64,000 bases of DNA from Pecten maximus (Eukaryota). The stretch spans positions 17,484,001 through 17,548,000 of the forward strand of contig NC_047022.1 in NCBI RefSeq assembly GCF_902652985.1, given 5' to 3'. Under the pieces are notes generated by a model that was not told where the DNA came from, searched no databases, and saw only the letters and a program-made list of their open reading frames with translations. The translations under genes and the position numbers were made by a program. The first letter of the stretch is position 1. Every line of letters begins with the position of its first letter. Below are positions 40,501 to 54,340 of the stretch, piece by piece.

Positions 40501-42212
40501 CATATGATATGAATGTCAGATAAAAGATAGAAATCACTCGTTACTATGTTTTCAATTCTATATGTGGGATATATTTCGTCGACATTTGCATTACAGAGAT
40601 AGCAATCAAAGTTCTTGTAATATGTATTGTCGAACCTTTTAATCAAAGGAAGAAATGATATCAGGTCGGTCTGATTATCCGAAACGCAACGATTTCTGAT
40701 GGTAGGATGTCCTCTGTTTTGCCAGCACCCATCCGTTACTAGAAACTGTTTCTTAGAATTTGCTGCTTGTGGAACATAATTATCCATACAAGACACCGGG
40801 TATGTCAAGGCGAAGTCAAGACAGCAAATCCCATCAAACTGAAACAGGCAGGTCGGTCGGCACGTACATGTACGAAAATATACCAAAACATACTGAAGAG
40901 GGATTATAGTCTTATCACAAAACTGATCGAACGGACGAACTGCAAACTGTTTGTATACCAGGTTGGTCACGTTCAACTGGACGTCTTTCTTCTTTATGAC
41001 TAGATCAGTTTCGCTGTAACCATGAGGATAAAAATGCCAGTCGGAATTATTTTGAACCATATTATTTTGGAGCTCTATGAAGGTATAACGAATGTGTTCT
41101 GGTCGAAGTTGTCCCGTTCGTATCACGTAATCGTATACATTATGTCTGTCAGACTTTAATATGATGTCTGATATGTTGGTGGTGACGTCATAAAACGTCT
41201 CATTGTCATTGGCTATCCGGTTACAAAGATAACAGAATATGTTTTTGAATGGACGAGTATTTTGTGAAGTCGAATGGTACATACAAGCGCGTTTTAAACC
41301 TGCATCATAGGGATACCACATGCCGGTCGTATTGCATTGGTCGATGACGTCATCAGACATATGACTATGTGGATTGCACATGTAACAAAACACGTTTTTG
41401 TATTCACGGAACTGTAAGTGATAGGTGGACTCGCATGCCAATTCTATCGTGTGGTCGAACATTTCCCAAGATCCGGTAACGTTACAAGAACGAATGATCA
41501 AATCATTGTCGTTTATGGTAAGGTTACATGGCCGGGCCGAACTATGCATGGGGGAATATCTCATTCGACATTGTCGTTTTCGAGCTAGATCAATTATTTC
41601 CTCATATGTCGACAAAAAATTGAAGTCAGCAAACACAAGACAATCGATATCGAGAATCCAGTTTGTGGTGGCATTTTCACCGTTGCATTTGGCGCAATGC
41701 TTGTTTCTATAACTGACTGGGAATGTTGTTGAAGCAACTGGTGGACGAGTAAGAAGTTCCTTTATTGTGTATGTTTTCTCACATAGATTTCGGTCTTTGT
41801 TTCCGGCTCCGGGTGGGCACGAGTTCACAACTTCATATGATGGAGGCTTTGGTTCAAGGTTGAATGTCGGACTAGTTGTTATTAGGAGTGTGGTATTAAC
41901 ACAAGCCATTGGGGGTAGAGCAAAGTATACATCCGGGCAACAGTCACCACGTGCCATGCACTCGTTATCACAGTAGCAGTTTGGACATATGCCGGTGATG
42001 TTATATGATTCATTTGGTGCCGGTACATTGAAAGGCTGAAATTTCGAGATATCGCAGATATAGTCATACCCACACAGCAGAAGAAAATGATGAATTAATT
42101 CATTCAGGATGATATTCCTCCCGTCAGATGCAGTTGAGAACTTCGTTTGCGAATGTATGACGATGGTAGATATCATAACGCGTACCAGGAGAGCTTGAAT
42201 GAACCATGCCAT
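37520..42212 (-). CDS. Cys-rich-ectodomain family-B-like GPCR, copy 3. CDS exons 42212-39879 and 39148-37520 (~1320 aa)
   Basis: Close paralogue of copy 2 with the same splice sites and an open frame throughout. Probable UTR-exon donor at 43068. Confidence 0.9.
39535..39667. repeat. Perfect 60-bp inverted repeat (13-bp spacer) in a ~215-bp insertion at a TA-rich site; inverted Penelope pLTR remnant
   Basis: Arms 39535-39594 and 39608-39667 are exact reverse complements. The insertion is absent from the copy 2 intron. Confidence 0.9.
39558..39598 (-). ncRNA. Minimal type I hammerhead ribozyme (Penelope-type)
   Basis: CCC-CUGAAGA-GCGGC-ACGAUAUA-GCCGC-GAAA-GUAC-UA-GGG gives a full core, 5-bp stem II, 1-bp stem III with palindromic GUAC loop, and CCC/GGG stem I. 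Confidence 0.8.
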
Positions 42213-44510
42213 TTCCACCTGAAGAAAACATACAAGTATGACGTATTCAATTGATGCAAAAAACAAAATCAGAGCAATTACAGCTGGAAGAAGTGCTTTT
42301 CTTGATGGATGTCACGTATAATATAATAATTAATTGTATTATTTTTACCTATATGTTTTGAGTTTATAACTTTGATAATAATAAAAAAAATATTGCTTTT
42401 ATCTTTATTTTTCTTGACATGACATGACATGACCTTTCTTGAGAAATAATAGAATAAGGTATTGTACAATTTAAACTGGTATTGACAATATCAATTCTTT
42501 GTGATAACCACACTTAATCTGCTGTATGTGATTAGTCTATAAAGGATGAAAACAAACAAAACTTTGGGGGAAAAAGCCAATAAAACATAGATATGAATGT
42601 AACAACAACAATAATGAGATTTTTCTGAAGACGACACCTTTTATTCTGTAGATGTTGAGCATACCAGAAGGATGAGAAAATCTTCAAATGAAATCAGAGA
42701 GAAAATAACGAAATGTTTGGTCTTATCCAAGCGACAATTGTAACCATCCAAATTTTTCACATATTTTACTCTTTATGTCCAGTGCCATTCAAATATATTA
42801 CAAGCAAAAAGAAGTACAAATATGTATTTCTTAAATATTATTAGATATTACTTAACCAAATGATATTACAAATGAGGTTACGGTATAGTTTTGTCTTCAT
42901 CACATTGTAACTATATGGAATTCTTATCTTTTAAAGAAAACACAAGATAAAAATAATAGCTTATTTGAATTTAACATAACAACCATAGCGAATGTACAAA
43001 AACAAATACTTTTTATACGTATTTTTGTAAATAAATAACGGATATCATATAAACCTGACCGTACTTACCACTGTCGTCACCCGCTATAAGTATATCGACT
43101 GGACAATAGAATCAATAGGTACGATATAAATCCATCCACCTGTTGTTGTTGTTATTGAAAATGAATTAATAATTTCATTTCGTAAAAGGCAGTCAAATCA
43201 TACACACATTGCTTGAGAATATAATGTAAATATTAAAGGCAATGGTTCTAGATTTATGTTTGCGATTCGTTTGCCCCTGAACAAGTGCAGGTCCATATTT
43301 GCATACAGCGGATTTATTTCAGATTTAATATTTCGATGGCGTGAAGATTATGGTTAGGTTTGGTTTGTTTAACGTCATATCGATAGATATGGTCGTTAAA
43401 GGGAGGTCTCTCCTTTGTATGAGAGATGCATGCGTGAAGTGTATGTTTTTTGTGCCCCTTTGTGACAACAGGGGATTGATGTTGACTTTGAAATGCTTCC
43501 TCCTTTTTCCTTTTAAATGAAGTGCAAGATAGTTTCCATCGACGAATCAGTCGTGTGGGCTAAGTGGTACGTAATTACCCAAGTACAGTGTTATGGGTTA
43601 GAATCCCGAAGGTATTTTTTGCCGATTGATAAGATATTTTTTGTTTGCGTGTTGTTTAATATTTGCATATTTTGTTTGTATTATATATATATATATATAT
43701 TTTAATTCTGCATTCAATTAATATCATACTTCTTGCAACTTGACTTTTTGACTTAACTTGACCGAGAACATTCCATTTTACATTATTTTTATAATATTAT
43801 TATATAACCTTAACTATCCAGTGTTATGTAATATACTAATCAACGACAGCATTTCTTTTCTCTCTCTCTTTTTCTGTGTGTATAGACACATTGAGCGTGG
43901 GACACAGAGACCTCTTTTTTCTGTGTGTATAGACACATTGAGCGTGGGACACAGAGACCTAGCTCAGTAAACTTAATTATGTATGGCATATTTTTGTAAG
44001 GTCTTCAAATGCTCGTTTGTGGTCGTCCAAAATCGCCTGTATGTTTATTTGTGAATAAATTGAATACAGTATGCAAAATCGCATTGGAGAGATTATTTTG
44101 CAGCCATGTTTCTCCACAACGTGCACACGATGCATTAAAACATCAATTAAGATGTTGACATACCCACGCACAAATAGAATAGCCTACTTTGAATATTCCA
44201 CGAAAAAGTCATGGCGACAGGTAATTCTTGTCTGACTATAGTCACATACAATATATTGACAATCAGTTGTTCCGATTAGGAGTAGTTTAGAGATTCTGGT
44301 ATGTCTCGGCAAGGGCACAAAACCCAAGTCATCAGAGGGTCGATCGCTCTACTAAACACCGAAAGTGAGAAGTGGAAGATTTACTGAAAATATCAACGAA
44401 ATGTTTCAAATCCCCCTAGCTGGTGAGTCTGAAGACAAAATTAAATGTTCTAGAAACTTATTCCAACGTCGATAAGAACTATGATTTAATGGGGGTGAAC
44501 GCATACGCAT

Positions 44511-44817
44511 ATATCTAATATTAACAGTGTTTCTATGAACGAAAAACCTGTTACTATACTGTTTGTTGGCAATATATATACATACTAGACTCAGACACGG
44601 CTGAGGCACGTTGAATGCTTCAAATGTAACCTAGTATTATCACCAGCATGTAACTGTTTTTATATATATCTAATATTAACAGTGTTTCTATGAACGAAAA
44701 ACCTGTTACTATACTGTTTGTTGGCAATATATATACATACTAGACTCAGACACGGCTGAAGCACGTTGAATGCTTCAAATGTAACCTAGTATTATCACCA
44801 GCATGTAACTGTTTTTA
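44511..44817. repeat. 155-bp tandem duplication (2 copies)
   Basis: ATATCTAATATTAACAGTGTTTC...TAACTGTTTTTA starts at 44511 and at 44666. Confidence 0.9.
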
Positions 44818-47800
44818 TCCGTTAGAAATCAATTTCATTTCTGTTTTCAGTGTAACGTATACAATTATTGTCGTGTATACTTTGAGGACTGTCTATATAT
44901 GATATATTATAACCGTTGATTAGAATGTGTCGTTAAATTGGTCTATTAATCTGGACCACCGGATGGATAATGATGATATACGATTATTTGTAAAAGAATG
45001 TTCATAGCTAAAAATTGTAAATACAAAATGATATTTATAGTCAAATTAATGTTGATTAATTTGCAATTTACATACAATAACTTGTTGTTCATACAACTTC
45101 AAAATTTTATTTGAAATTATTTATCGCCCCACTCTCTACTATGAACCGTAATGACGAGAACGAAAACATTCATTTTTGCTTAAACCTGGAGATATTATCT
45201 TAACGTTGATTCACATTAATTATCAGAATCATATGATTGTGGAAGTCCATGCCAAAAGATTTAGCAATCATGTCTGTTGTTCAGAATGTTCGTTCAAATT
45301 CAAACGAGAAAGGGTATTGATCAGCCAGACTTCTTTCATGGTTTCCAGAACTCTGAAGCAAGATGTCATTTTTGCTAAGAAGAACATTGTACTATGGGTA
45401 GTTCCCATTTCTTTAGCGGGTCACGGAGAATATTGACTACGTCTTCTTGTTTATAGTGGACATACAAAATTACAAGTTAATTTGCATAACTGTATAGACA
45501 TAGCCCGAATTTCCTCTGGCCCTGACATCAGACATGGTATCAGGGCTAGATGAAATTGGGACTATATAGTACGATAAGTTTCCCTGCTTTCTGACCAGTT
45601 ACATTATCAGCTCAATGTCTGACGAAAGACACACAAGATGTTAATACCTCAAAAAACGGATAGAGAGTTAGATACAGTGATGATGTCGTTTTGAGTCGGA
45701 AAGGCGGTAGATAAAATATTCAAAATGCCAATGATCATTCGTCATCAGTACGTACATATATTTACTAAGTATCGGTATCAACAAAGATATCATTCCTGAT
45801 AATATCGTTATACATGCAGTAGATCAAATGTTCAAAATGCTATTGATCATTGTTCGTCAGATCAGTTCTACAAATAAAAATACATCTACGTAAATATGTT
45901 TGTGAAGCATCAGCATCAAAGTACGATTTTAGATACCAACAGATAACTAACATGTACACAGCCCTATAACTCATTTTCATATCTCCACGAAAGAGGCTTG
46001 TTTCGACCTAACGGTGACCGTTTTCATAATAAGAAAATACGTGTTAAACACTGATTTTTTAAATACTAATCTTGAATCTATAACATATAAATATTCTTAT
46101 TTGCGAAAATTAAAATGGATGTATCATTATATGACTTTATGCTCGAGGTTTTTTCTCCCGTATTCAAATTATTTTCTGACATATAGCCCATCGGACGATA
46201 AATATTTACAATGTCTTATTTTATTCTATAAACCAAATTCCCAAAAAGAGGTTCTCCGTTGCGCTGGTATCGAAACATTGAACAAGAGTAATTAATGAAA
46301 TATTTTAATTCTAGCACTTAATAGACTGACTTTCAATGATAATATCAACTTCATTTTTTCAAGAAGTTTATGTAGTTGAGCCACAGCTTAGCAACCTGTA
46401 GGTTCACAGATCGAATCACCAAGATGTATCTGCTAATATTTTGTTATGTTTCTTATACCATTTAATTTTTCTTGGTCATATTTCAAAGATATTTTCAACA
46501 TTAAAAGGATATCTAATAGGAAGTATTTAGAATAAAGATGAAGATAAAGATGTTGAGATAGAATTTGTTTCATTAGATAAAAAAAAACAAGTAAAATAAT
46601 TAACCGAATTATCGTTCAATGTAAACTGTAGAAGAAAAAAAAAGCTTGCACTATTTATAATGTCAGTTTTACTTTATTTAATACGCAAAGTTTTCGTAAC
46701 CCGTTCCCAACGCACAGTGCACCAATGGACCATGTCGATCTATTTTGGTACTGTGGGTTAGGTCAGGATAAGCGGGGACAGACCATTTTCCTTGTTTTAA
46801 CTAGACCTCTAATCTTGACTGTATATACCAGGTTTTTCATTTGGTGTTTCTTTGTCTATCACGTGACACATACCGACAAATAGCGCGATTTGATGACTTC
46901 AGACACAAATCACTATTTTCGCGGAAAATACTTTGGTTCGACTTTTGAAACAATCGTAAACCACTCTCTTACACACAAAAAAGTTGACCATTAATGTCGT
47001 TTGTCGTCCAAAGTCATATCCGTACATTTACATTCTGAGTGTTAATTCTTAATATGAACGTACCAAGTGAAAACAACAAACATTTTACCATGAAAACAGG
47101 ATGGATTATAGTTTTAAACTTGTGTCTGATCCCATTTGTATATTTGCAAATAAAATATATTTAGATTTAAAAAAATCAATGACAACACAACGAATACAGT
47201 AAGAATACAACGTTTCACCAGAGACGGTTTCACGTGTTGATTTTCCACATAATACATAAATGTAGTTAAATTTTATTACGCCAGAAAAATAGTCCTCGTT
47301 GCATTTCCGTAAGTTGTGTTTTCTTTGCCATCTATTCACATAAAATAAAGATGATTTAACACAAATTATTGCTTTGATGTTATTTGGTGGTTTTGAATAA
47401 AAGAAAGAAAAACAAGAAGAAAAACTACTGGAAACTGCGGAAGAACAAGGTAAAGGATGGTATGGAACAGATATCAAAAGTGTAAAAATCAGAAATGACT
47501 GTTCTTTTTGTTTTGATTCCAAATCACCCTTAAATAAATTTCAGAATTGAATGGATTTTTTTTTTCATTTCCATTGCGGCTATGAATAAGGTTAGCTATC
47601 TAAATAGTTTCTTCGCGCGTTACCTATAGATATGTTCACAGCGATCGACATAAGGTAACTTTTAGATACGGCCATTAAATATGTTGTTTTTTTCATGGCA
47701 ATTTTGCTTTTTAGTTTTTAAGTTAAATTAAATTACAAGGATATAATTAAATAATGAATTTGTCCAGATGCATAAACCAATTCATTATCTAGCTCAATCC

Positions 47801-48091
47801 TTAAATGTAAATGTAACATGGTAACAACGGTTCAGATTCTTATCAACAAAGCGATCACCCATATGTGTACTTCGGGAATCATTAATTTACCTCTGCGTCG
47901 ATATCCCATCAACATTGTTCTGAATTATTGACCTTAGCTCATAATTAAGGATGTCAGCTCCTCTCAAATGAGACAAATATTAACGATAATATGTTATTGA
48001 TATAAATATCCTGGGAATCAATGACGCTCAGAAGCCTGTCTCCGGTGTGGAATTAGATGCGGTGCGATATCATAACATAGTCTTCACTCTA

Positions 48092-48230
48092 TTTTTTTTT
48101 TTTTTTTGAGAGAGAGAGAGAGGGGGGGGGGGGGGGGGGGGGGGGGCAGGAGGGGGAGGGGATAGGTACATATAAAGTTAAATGACTTCAATTAGAACAT
48201 TTCATTTTTGATTAAGTTGTTTTTTTAATT

Positions 48231-48297
<67 letters not shown>

Positions 48298-48301
48298 GGG
48301 G
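48092..48301. repeat. poly-T, (GA)n and poly-G tracts
   Basis: Directly visible. Confidence 0.9.
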
Positions 48302-50690
48302 TGAGTAATCGAATCTTCCCGACTTTCTCAAGAAGTTTTCACAACTTTGGCGATTTTTATATTGTCAGCTGAGGAAATATTCGTGTCACCATTGCAAAGT
48401 AATCTACGTTCACAGGACCGCACCAGGTTAAATCAGCTATAAGAGTTCCTCTTAAGTTATTGTACAGGGGACAGTTAAGGAAAAAATGATGGGAATCTTC
48501 ACAGGGATGTCCACATTCATTGACAAGCAGGTGAATCAACGAGGTTGGCTCTAAAAAGATCCTTACTTAGTGCACTTGCTCGATTTCTTATTCTGTTGTA
48601 TAGAATATTTAGTTTTCGAGGACCATAGCTGATAAAATGCTTGTCATATATACTGTTTACTGTCATAGATTTATTTAGATTAGATTTGAAGGAACTTAAA
48701 GTAGGCAAGTTTTTGATAGTGTTATTTAAGTCATTCCACAGTTTTGAAATAAAAGAAAAGAAAGAGTTTTTTGATAGTTGTAGACGAAAGTGTTGTTCCC
48801 TAAATAAATCTGCATTTCGTAAATTATAAGGAGCTATGTTGCCAATAAACATTGGTAGTAGGTCGATAAGAAAACTAAGTGCCAGATTATTGACTATGGA
48901 ATAGAATAAGGAGAGTTTCCGAACATCTCTTCTCTTCGAAAGGGGTAACCAACCGGTTTCTAGATACATGTATAAGAACTCTGTTTTTGTGAATATGGGC
49001 AGCCCTGTGACTATTCTTGTGGCCTCTTGATTTATCTTTTCTAATAACAATGAATGTATTGTACCGCAGTTGTCCCATACTTCACATGCATATTCAAGTA
49101 ATGGTCGTATATAGGCAAGGTACATTTTTTTCTAATGGGTTCCTGTTTAGAATAAGTTTTAATTTACGGAGGGTGGCTATATATTTAGTTATTTTATTGA
49201 CTGTAGATTCTACATGTATGTTCCATTTACAATCATCGGAAGAATGAGTCCTAGGTATGTATGGGGGTTTGTTATTTCAATCGGGGTATTGTCGAATGTA
49301 AAGGACGGAACAAAATGAAGTTGTCTAGTTGATATTAAGAGGGCCTCGGTTTTATTAGGATTAAAGGACATAAGCCATACATTGGACCAAATTTCAAGTT
49401 TTAATAAGTCGCTTTTAGCCTCCGTCTCAATAAGGTTGAAGTCATATGACGAGTAGGATAGAGATGTATCGTCGGCGAAAAGCCTAGATAGAGATGAAAA
49501 ATTACAGGAAATATCATTTATGTATAGTAGAAAGAAAAGTGGACTAAGAACTGACCCTTGGGGAACACAGCATTTATAGGCTTAAGAGAGGAAAGTGAAT
49601 CATTGATAAATACAGCTTGTTTTCTTTTTGAAAGACAACTAGCCACCCAACGAAGAAGAGGTCCAGAGATACCATAATTGTCGAGTTTATGTAAGATGCC
49701 TTTGTGCCACACGCGGTCAAAATCACAAAAAAAGAAGATATAATGTTCATAATTTTCTAAGGAAGAAATGATTGAATGATATATTTCAATAAGTTGATGT
49801 GTTGTGGAGTGATTCGGTAGGAATCCAGACTGATACTTATAAATAAGGTCATTTTCGATTAAAAATTGCAGATATGCTTATATACTACACGCTCAAAAAC
49901 TTAGCAGCGAGATAGGTCTGTAATTAGAGACAATGCTTGCCTCATTGACCTTAAATATAGGCATTACATGAGCAATTTTCCAGCTCTCAGGAAATTTACA
50001 ATGTGACAAAGAATAATTGAATATAACAAATGGTATAGAAATTTCACTTGAGAGTAATTTTAGCATTCTGTGGCTAATACCGTCAGGACCTGACGCCTTG
50101 TTAACATCTAGAACTTTTATAATGTCTTCAACTTCCCTGGAAACTATATATATTTCTGATAAAATAGAATCTGTCCTCTTTTCAAAAAAGGGTAATTCTT
50201 TATCTATTTGACAGAGTACACCCAGAGCTAAAATAGTTATTTAACAGCTCACATTTCCTATTGTTGTCATATATAATTTTATTTGTAGTACTATCAAGTA
50301 GGGGAGATATATGTTGTTGTTTTTTTTTTACCTCTGATAAGGTTTCCCAGAAGTTTCTAATACACTATACTATTTCTTTAACCCTCTTTATCATATTATT
50401 TACTTAATTCCTCATATGCTTGTATTTATTCTTATTGGACTCCGAATCATTATTAAACATTTTTTTTTAAGTCTGTCTCTTTTCCTTATATTACGTCTTA
50501 CCAGTCCATTCATCCACGGCTTATCACTGTCGCGTACTAATATTTCTTTTGATGGTATACATTTATCAATAGCATCATGAAGTTTTTCAGTAAAGACATT
50601 ACACATTTCATTAACATTTGAAAGATTGGTAAAAGTGCTTGAGTTAATAAATCGCTTGCATGGAATCTTACACAATATATATTAACTGTC
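48302..50690 (-). mobile_element. Degenerate CR1/L2-group LINE ORF2
   Basis: DKPWMN, KASGPDGIS, YQSGF, DRVWHKG, LFADD, RPLLEYACEVWD and CECG..EDSHHFFLNC pieces, with many frameshifts. Confidence 0.88.
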
Positions 50691-52217
50691 TTTATTTTAT
50701 TTACTTTATCAAACATGATAACATTGTTCAAAATACCTGCATATATGTATTGATAATGTATGTTTGTTAGGATCTGGGATTGTACGTTTTGTCATATAAT
50801 GTGTTTTGTATATTGTGTATTGTATACTATATGTTGAAAAAGCAAATGAAAATTTTTCAAGGAAAAAAAAAAATAAAAAAAATATGACCAATCCAGGAAA
50901 TTCATGACGTATGTATAAATATTTATATCAACTATATATACTATATAGTAGCAGTAGTGGCTATTTGTTTCTATAAATACTAACCAGATACGGACGCCTA
51001 TACAGTAACTAGGTCTTAATCAACAGGATTCTATTTTGTAATTGCATAGGATCTTATATAGTGAAACCTATTTAATATTCCTACTACCCAATCATTTAAA
51101 AATAACTGTTTACCAATATACATTCTGCATTAACTATATTTTTACACTATTAACTAGACTGTGACCCGACTTGCTTGACAGCTAGCACGTGTTACTGTTT
51201 ACAGTTATGACCACTTCTGGTTTATGACAGGGAGTGATGTGTGGGGCGTGGCTACAGTTGAGTGTAAGCTACATTTAAAATACAGGTAAACTAGTAGTGC
51301 ACTACATTCTAAGAGGTGATGAACAGCAAAACCCCCATACAGGTAATGGGCAGTACCCAAGGCTACCTGTGAATTTTAATTGTACTATATATATATATAA
51401 TTAAGGCTATCTAGCAGTTATATTCAGTGTCCTATTCTCGGTTATAACCCATCAATCAATCAATCAACAACAGTTATATTCAGACGGATATGGAGTTCGA
51501 CATAGGACCGAGGAGGACCACCTAGCCGCGCCCATGTCCGTCCCAGGGAGATGTCCGTCCCTGTGGACGTACCGGATGGATAGGACAAGACTCATTTGAG
51601 GGGGACACAGGCACCGGAGGCACTCGACCAGCGGCCTCCCACGTCGCCTGAACATAGCACCCGCAGTGGAAGGAGACGTAAAACCTATAACCAACCGGTT
51701 ATATTCAAAATTATTAAAATGGTTTTGGAAGTTTAGTTTGATGTAATATTTCAACCTTTCTATTATTGTTAATTATACACTGTAACCAAGTTAAGACATA
51801 TTTACTTAATAAAGCCTTTAACTAAGTTAAATTGTTCAAGCCAAGTTTCATTTCTCTTTTGGTACTTTATATTTTGTATTGATTGATCAGTTATATATTT
51901 CACATGTTTAATTCCAGTAATTTTGTTTTCATCACATGAAAGTATATAATAAAACATTTATTGTTGGTTTTTTTTTTATTTTTTTTTATTTTCAAAGACA
52001 TTTCATTTTGGATTACAAGGCAATAAACATCACATTCACACACTTCACATTCACACACTTCACATTCACACACATATATATTGAAGAAAACCAAACTGTA
52101 TACCAGGGTAATACAGTAGACAAACATTGAAGAGATAAACATTAACTGTATTAAATTTAAATAGTAAGACTAAATATTGTAGGAGACAGAGACACACACA
52201 ACATAGAAAGAGAGAAA

Positions 52218-52218
52218 T

Positions 52219-52287
<69 letters not shown>
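52218..52287. repeat. (GA)n microsatellite
   Basis: Directly visible. Confidence 0.95.
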
Positions 52288-52291
<4 letters not shown>

Positions 52292-52759
52292 GTGTAGGTA
52301 GGAAAGAAAAGGTTAGAGGTCCCATAGCTAAAATATCCGAAATATATTCAAAATTCCTTGTATAATTTGAGTATTAAAACATTACATTTTCGAACAACAG
52401 GCAAAAGTCAGAGCATGCGATAGCATTAACAATAAAAAACATGTAAGATGGGCATACAGTATTAATAATATTATTTGTACTACTGTTACATTTCAACAAT
52501 GGCTTTCCATTTCCTCCAATTCATTTCAAATTCCTTTTCATGTATTCATTTTTGCTGATGATGATATATTTCTGAACAATGAAGTGGTCATTAATGACAT
52601 TGATAAGAGCATTCATTTCAGACTCAAAGATGAAAACAATTAGTGTTACTTGAACATTTTTAATTTGATACATTTAATTTATATTGTAGTTAATTTCAGA
52701 TTAGATTAAGCAGCATATTCATAATTTCATTTTTGATGTGATATTATGCTTATCAAAAC

Positions 52760-52786
52760 CAGAGACCTATAGTATATAGGTCTCTG
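52760..52786. mobile_element. 27-bp palindromic micro-MITE with 7-bp TSD
   Basis: CAGAGACCTATA-GTA-TATAGGTCTCTG flanked by TCAAAAC on both sides (52753-52759 / 52787-52793). Confidence 0.7.
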
Positions 52787-53702
52787 TCAAAACCTAATTC
52801 AGCCCATAATATATCTTGTACATTCTATGTGTATACATCCAATGCTTAAAGTCAGAAACCTGAACACATAAAGAAATGGATTAAACCTTGATTTAATATG
52901 TAAAGAAAGAGATTCTTTGAATGTACTGGAAATTAAGTGATCATAACAGTTCTATATTTCAAAATTTTAAGTTTATAAAAGGTATATGTTACTTGTAATA
53001 CACCTTCCATCTTCCTTTACTGAAATAGTTGAAATTTCTGTACATGTACCCGTGTGCAGGTATCTAATACCTTGAAGATCTAACAAATTGGATCTGATTC
53101 CAGGTACATGAATCAGTTACAGGTAACACAGAATGAGATAATGGCCTGAGGGAACAATTATTGTCACTTTTGTTAAGAAATATACATACTGGCAAACTTG
53201 GGGAGGGAGAAGGCAACAGTTTTAAGCTTACATAACACACATACATGTTCATGTATCTGGAGTTGTTGTCTACAGCATCTACAGCACTTGTATTTGTAAT
53301 TTCATAATTGTCTTCTATAAAGTTACCTGCTAACAAATATATTATATACACATGTGGACTTTAAGCCAAAGTTTTTTTTACAGTTCACGCCAACATATTT
53401 TTGCAATATTGTTTTAAAAACAAAATTTTCGGATACATTTTGATCAGCATTTTATGATGATTTAAGTGTTTCCCTATCGCATTAAGAAAATGATTAATGG
53501 TTCTTTACCTTAAAATGTATAACTGAAGGGGATTTTACCTCTTCTTGTAATTAAAGAAAATCAGCATATAAACTATATTTATTGAATATCCTTATTGTGA
53601 AGAAAAAAAATGTATATACAAAAAAAACCTATATTTTTTTTAAAAACATCCAGGTAGATATTATATATGGGTAGTGTTAGATGCTAACTACAGTAGGTAA
53701 GG

Positions 53703-53703
<1 letters not shown>

Positions 53704-53741
<38 letters not shown>
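53704..53741. repeat. poly-G tract
   Basis: Directly visible. Confidence 0.95.
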
Positions 53742-53742
<1 letters not shown>

Positions 53743-54340
53743 AAAACTATAGCCAGTATAGGTCTATTAATGAAAAAATGAAATGAGAGTACTAATTATA
53801 CATACAGGTACATGTACATAATTTGTGTAGATATTATATGTCTCTTACAGAACATAAATGAGAATATACGAAACTTCTGATTCTTGATTATGTACTATGA
53901 AATTATTTCATGGTTATATTAACAGATATTAGTGTGAAGTACATTGAATTTAAAAATATTTTTGTCTGAAAAAATGATAAATATTAAAATATATGTACAT
54001 ACTAAATGTATACAGTGTACTTGAGAAAAAAATCTACAATCATCAAGGCCTAAGGTAGAATTAATCATTAATGTAAAATGTATATTAATTACATAAAAAA
54101 AAATAATGAAAAGCATCAAAATTTTTAAATCTGGAAGATAAACCTTAATTTTACACTAGATAATACAATCTTTTTAAAAAAAATAATGATAAAAAACCCA
54201 CTACAAATCCAATTGATAGAGTTTTATTTCCTCTTGTGCAATTTATCATATAAAAACCGCAGCCAATTTTATTTTGAGTTGATATCTTTTAGATAAAATT
54301 TGATCAACATTTAAATATACCTGGTACCAGATATATAATT

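Noticed and set aside
51455-51700. GC-richer segment after an (ATCA)n run, with a 96-aa minus-strand ORF
   Set aside because: No recognisable protein or RNA motif. Probably a repeat fragment that I cannot classify.
52490-53330. Possible small minus-strand exons
   Set aside because: Splice-like sites exist but I could not build a coherent open frame or recognise a product.
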